Shown: positions 57,271 to 58,588 of the stretch, in pieces
Numbering within the stretch: the first letter of the stretch is position 1
Layout of the letters: each line of letters opens with the position of its first letter
Assembly: GCA_028288515.1 (NCBI GenBank)
Contig: JAQBNP010000135.1
Coordinates: forward strand, 1-58,588
DNA length: 58,588 nt
Source of the DNA: Flaviaestuariibacter sp.
GTDB taxonomy: Bacteria; Bacteroidota; Bacteroidia; Chitinophagales; Chitinophagaceae
Reading direction: 5' to 3'
The notes under the pieces: generated by a model
What the model was told of the DNA's origin: nothing
Seen by the model: the letters and a program-made list of their open reading frames with translations, nothing else
Databases searched by the model: none
Position numbers and translations under genes: made by a program

Positions 57271-57840
57271 TTGACGGAAACTGACTTGATACACAGCCTG
57301 CAAAAAGGGGAGGAACCTGCGTTTAGGAACCTTGTCCTCCTGTACCAGCACCGTGTATATAACACGGTGCTGGGTTTTTTGCAGGAGCCCGCCGATGCGG
57401 AGGACATGACGCAGGAGGTATTCATCCGCATCTTTCAAAAGATCGGCACGTTCAAAGGCGAGGCGGCCCTTGCCACCTGGATCTACCGCATCGCCGTGAC
57501 CACCGCCCTGGATGCGCTTCGCAAAGCCAGGCGCCAAAAGCGCGGGGGCTTTCTCGCCGCCTTTCGAGGCCGCGACGAGCCGACCGAGCCACCGGACTTT
57601 TTCCACCCCGGTGTGGCTGCCGAGCAGAAGGAGGACAGCGTCCTCCTTTTCAAAGCGATCCGGCGCCTTCCCGAGAACCAGCAGGCAGCCTTTCTCCTGC
57701 AAAAGCTCGAGGGGCTTTCGCAGCCCGAGATCGCCACGGTTCTGAAGACGACCGTATCGGCCGTCGAATCACTGCTCGTCCGAGCAAAGGCCGGGCTTCG
57801 CAACCAGCTCAAAGACATTCATTCAATGAACCAGAGATGA
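57271..57840 (+). CDS. ECF RNA polymerase sigma factor
   Basis: DAEDMTQEVF, TWIYRIA, region 4 (LPENQQ...SVESLLVRAK-like); probable TTG start. Confidence 0.92.
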   Translation: MTETDLIHSLQKGEEPAFRNLVLLYQHRVYNTVLGFLQEPADAEDMTQEVFIRIFQKIGTFKGEAALATWIYRIAVTTALDALRKARRQKRGGFLAAFRGRDEPTEPPDFFHPGVAAEQKEDSVLLFKAIRRLPENQQAAFLLQKLEGLSQPEIATVLKTTVSAVESLLVRAKAGLRNQLKDIHSMNQR

Positions 57841-58121
57841 AACAGGAACAAGACATCGACCGCATTCTCAACAGCCTCGACGGCGCGCAACGGGCCGAGG
57901 CCAGCCCCTACCTGTACAGCAAGATCCGCAGCCGCCTCGACGACAGGCCCGTCGTTGTGTCCACTGCCCTTGCCTGGCGCCTGGCCGTGGTCGTGGCCGT
58001 TGTTGCCGCGCTGAACCTCTATACGCTGGCCGCGCTGCCGGCACAAAAGCAAACGCAAAACGAAACGACGGCAGCGGCCGTGGCCACGGATTATTCCATC
58101 GGCCTGCCCGCCGCCTATTAA
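57837..58121 (+). CDS. Single-TM putative anti-sigma factor
   Basis: ATGA overlap with the sigma gene; ASPYLYSKI..RL followed by a TM. Confidence 0.7.
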   Translation: MKQEQDIDRILNSLDGAQRAEASPYLYSKIRSRLDDRPVVVSTALAWRLAVVVAVVAALNLYTLAALPAQKQTQNETTAAAVATDYSIGLPAAY

Positions 58122-58130
58122 ACAACGCAT

Positions 58131-58588
58131 ATGAAATCGACCCGACCCAACTGGCTCGTGATCGGCATCGCAGCACTGGCCCTGCTCAATATTGCTCTGC
58201 TGGCCGTGATCTGGCTGAACCGCTCCCCTGACGATGCGGCCCCCGCTGCGAATAGCACCGCCCCGCGCGGCGATGCCCGCAACATGCTCATCAAAGAGCT
58301 GGCGCTAGACAGCAACCAGGTCGCTCGCTTCGACAGCCTCCGGACAACCCACTTCGCCGAGATCCAGGGCCTGCGCGACCAGATGCGCTCTGCAAAGGAC
58401 GCGCTGTTCGAAGGGCTTCAAAAAGAAAGCAACGCGCCACAGGAGGCTGCTCGCCGCATCGGCGACCTCCAGGCCCGCCTCGACCTCGCCACGTACAGCC
58501 ATTTTGCGCAGCTGCGCGCCCTCTGCAACGAGGACCAGAAAAAGACATTCGACAAGATCATTGGAAATGTCCTGCGCGGCATGGGCTC
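58131..58588 (+). CDS. Spy/CpxP-like periplasmic (heavy-metal sensor family) protein, truncated by the window end
   Basis: N-terminal TM with LLN; ELAL...Q; HF..LRALCNEDQ...FD. Confidence 0.75.
   Translation, partial: MKSTRPNWLVIGIAALALLNIALLAVIWLNRSPDDAAPAANSTAPRGDARNMLIKELALDSNQVARFDSLRTTHFAEIQGLRDQMRSAKDALFEGLQKESNAPQEAARRIGDLQARLDLATYSHFAQLRALCNEDQKKTFDKIIGNVLRGMG

Overview
This is a gene-dense, GC-rich chromosomal segment from a Bacteroidota genome, most likely Chitinophagaceae. Support: many TAnnTTTG -7 promoter boxes, a GLPGLI protein, carboxypeptidase-regulatory/OM beta-barrel proteins, a Crp/YceI/YgiD cluster and mqnC. About 60 CDSs are visible, mostly housekeeping or envelope genes. 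They include an ABC-F ATPase, a PAP2 phosphatase, mqnC, an M16 peptidase pair, a RhlE-like helicase, two L,D-transpeptidases, MATE and APC transporters, a SMUG2-like glycosylase, NagA, a CYTH protein, an OmpA/MotB protein, a SNF2 helicase and an ECF sigma operon. I saw no tRNA, rRNA, transposase, integrase or CRISPR array. The best candidate for an undescribed system is a four-gene signalling operon at 4672-7153 (- strand). It encodes a 122-aa protein ending in CPxxCP, a multi-TM membrane protein, a one-TM HisKA_3 kinase and a NarL regulator. A perfect 42-bp palindrome precedes it, and the palindrome core (ACCGTA-N4-TACGGT) recurs inside a nearby cluster of four kinase-less receiver proteins. 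Other notable items are a 21 x 21-bp tandem array, a candidate structured RNA, a shared OmpR-type box linking GLPGLI and an OM barrel, a phosphatase with two stops in its signal peptide, a small hyper-acidic protein, and dispersed repeats. All family calls come from motif recognition, not database searches.
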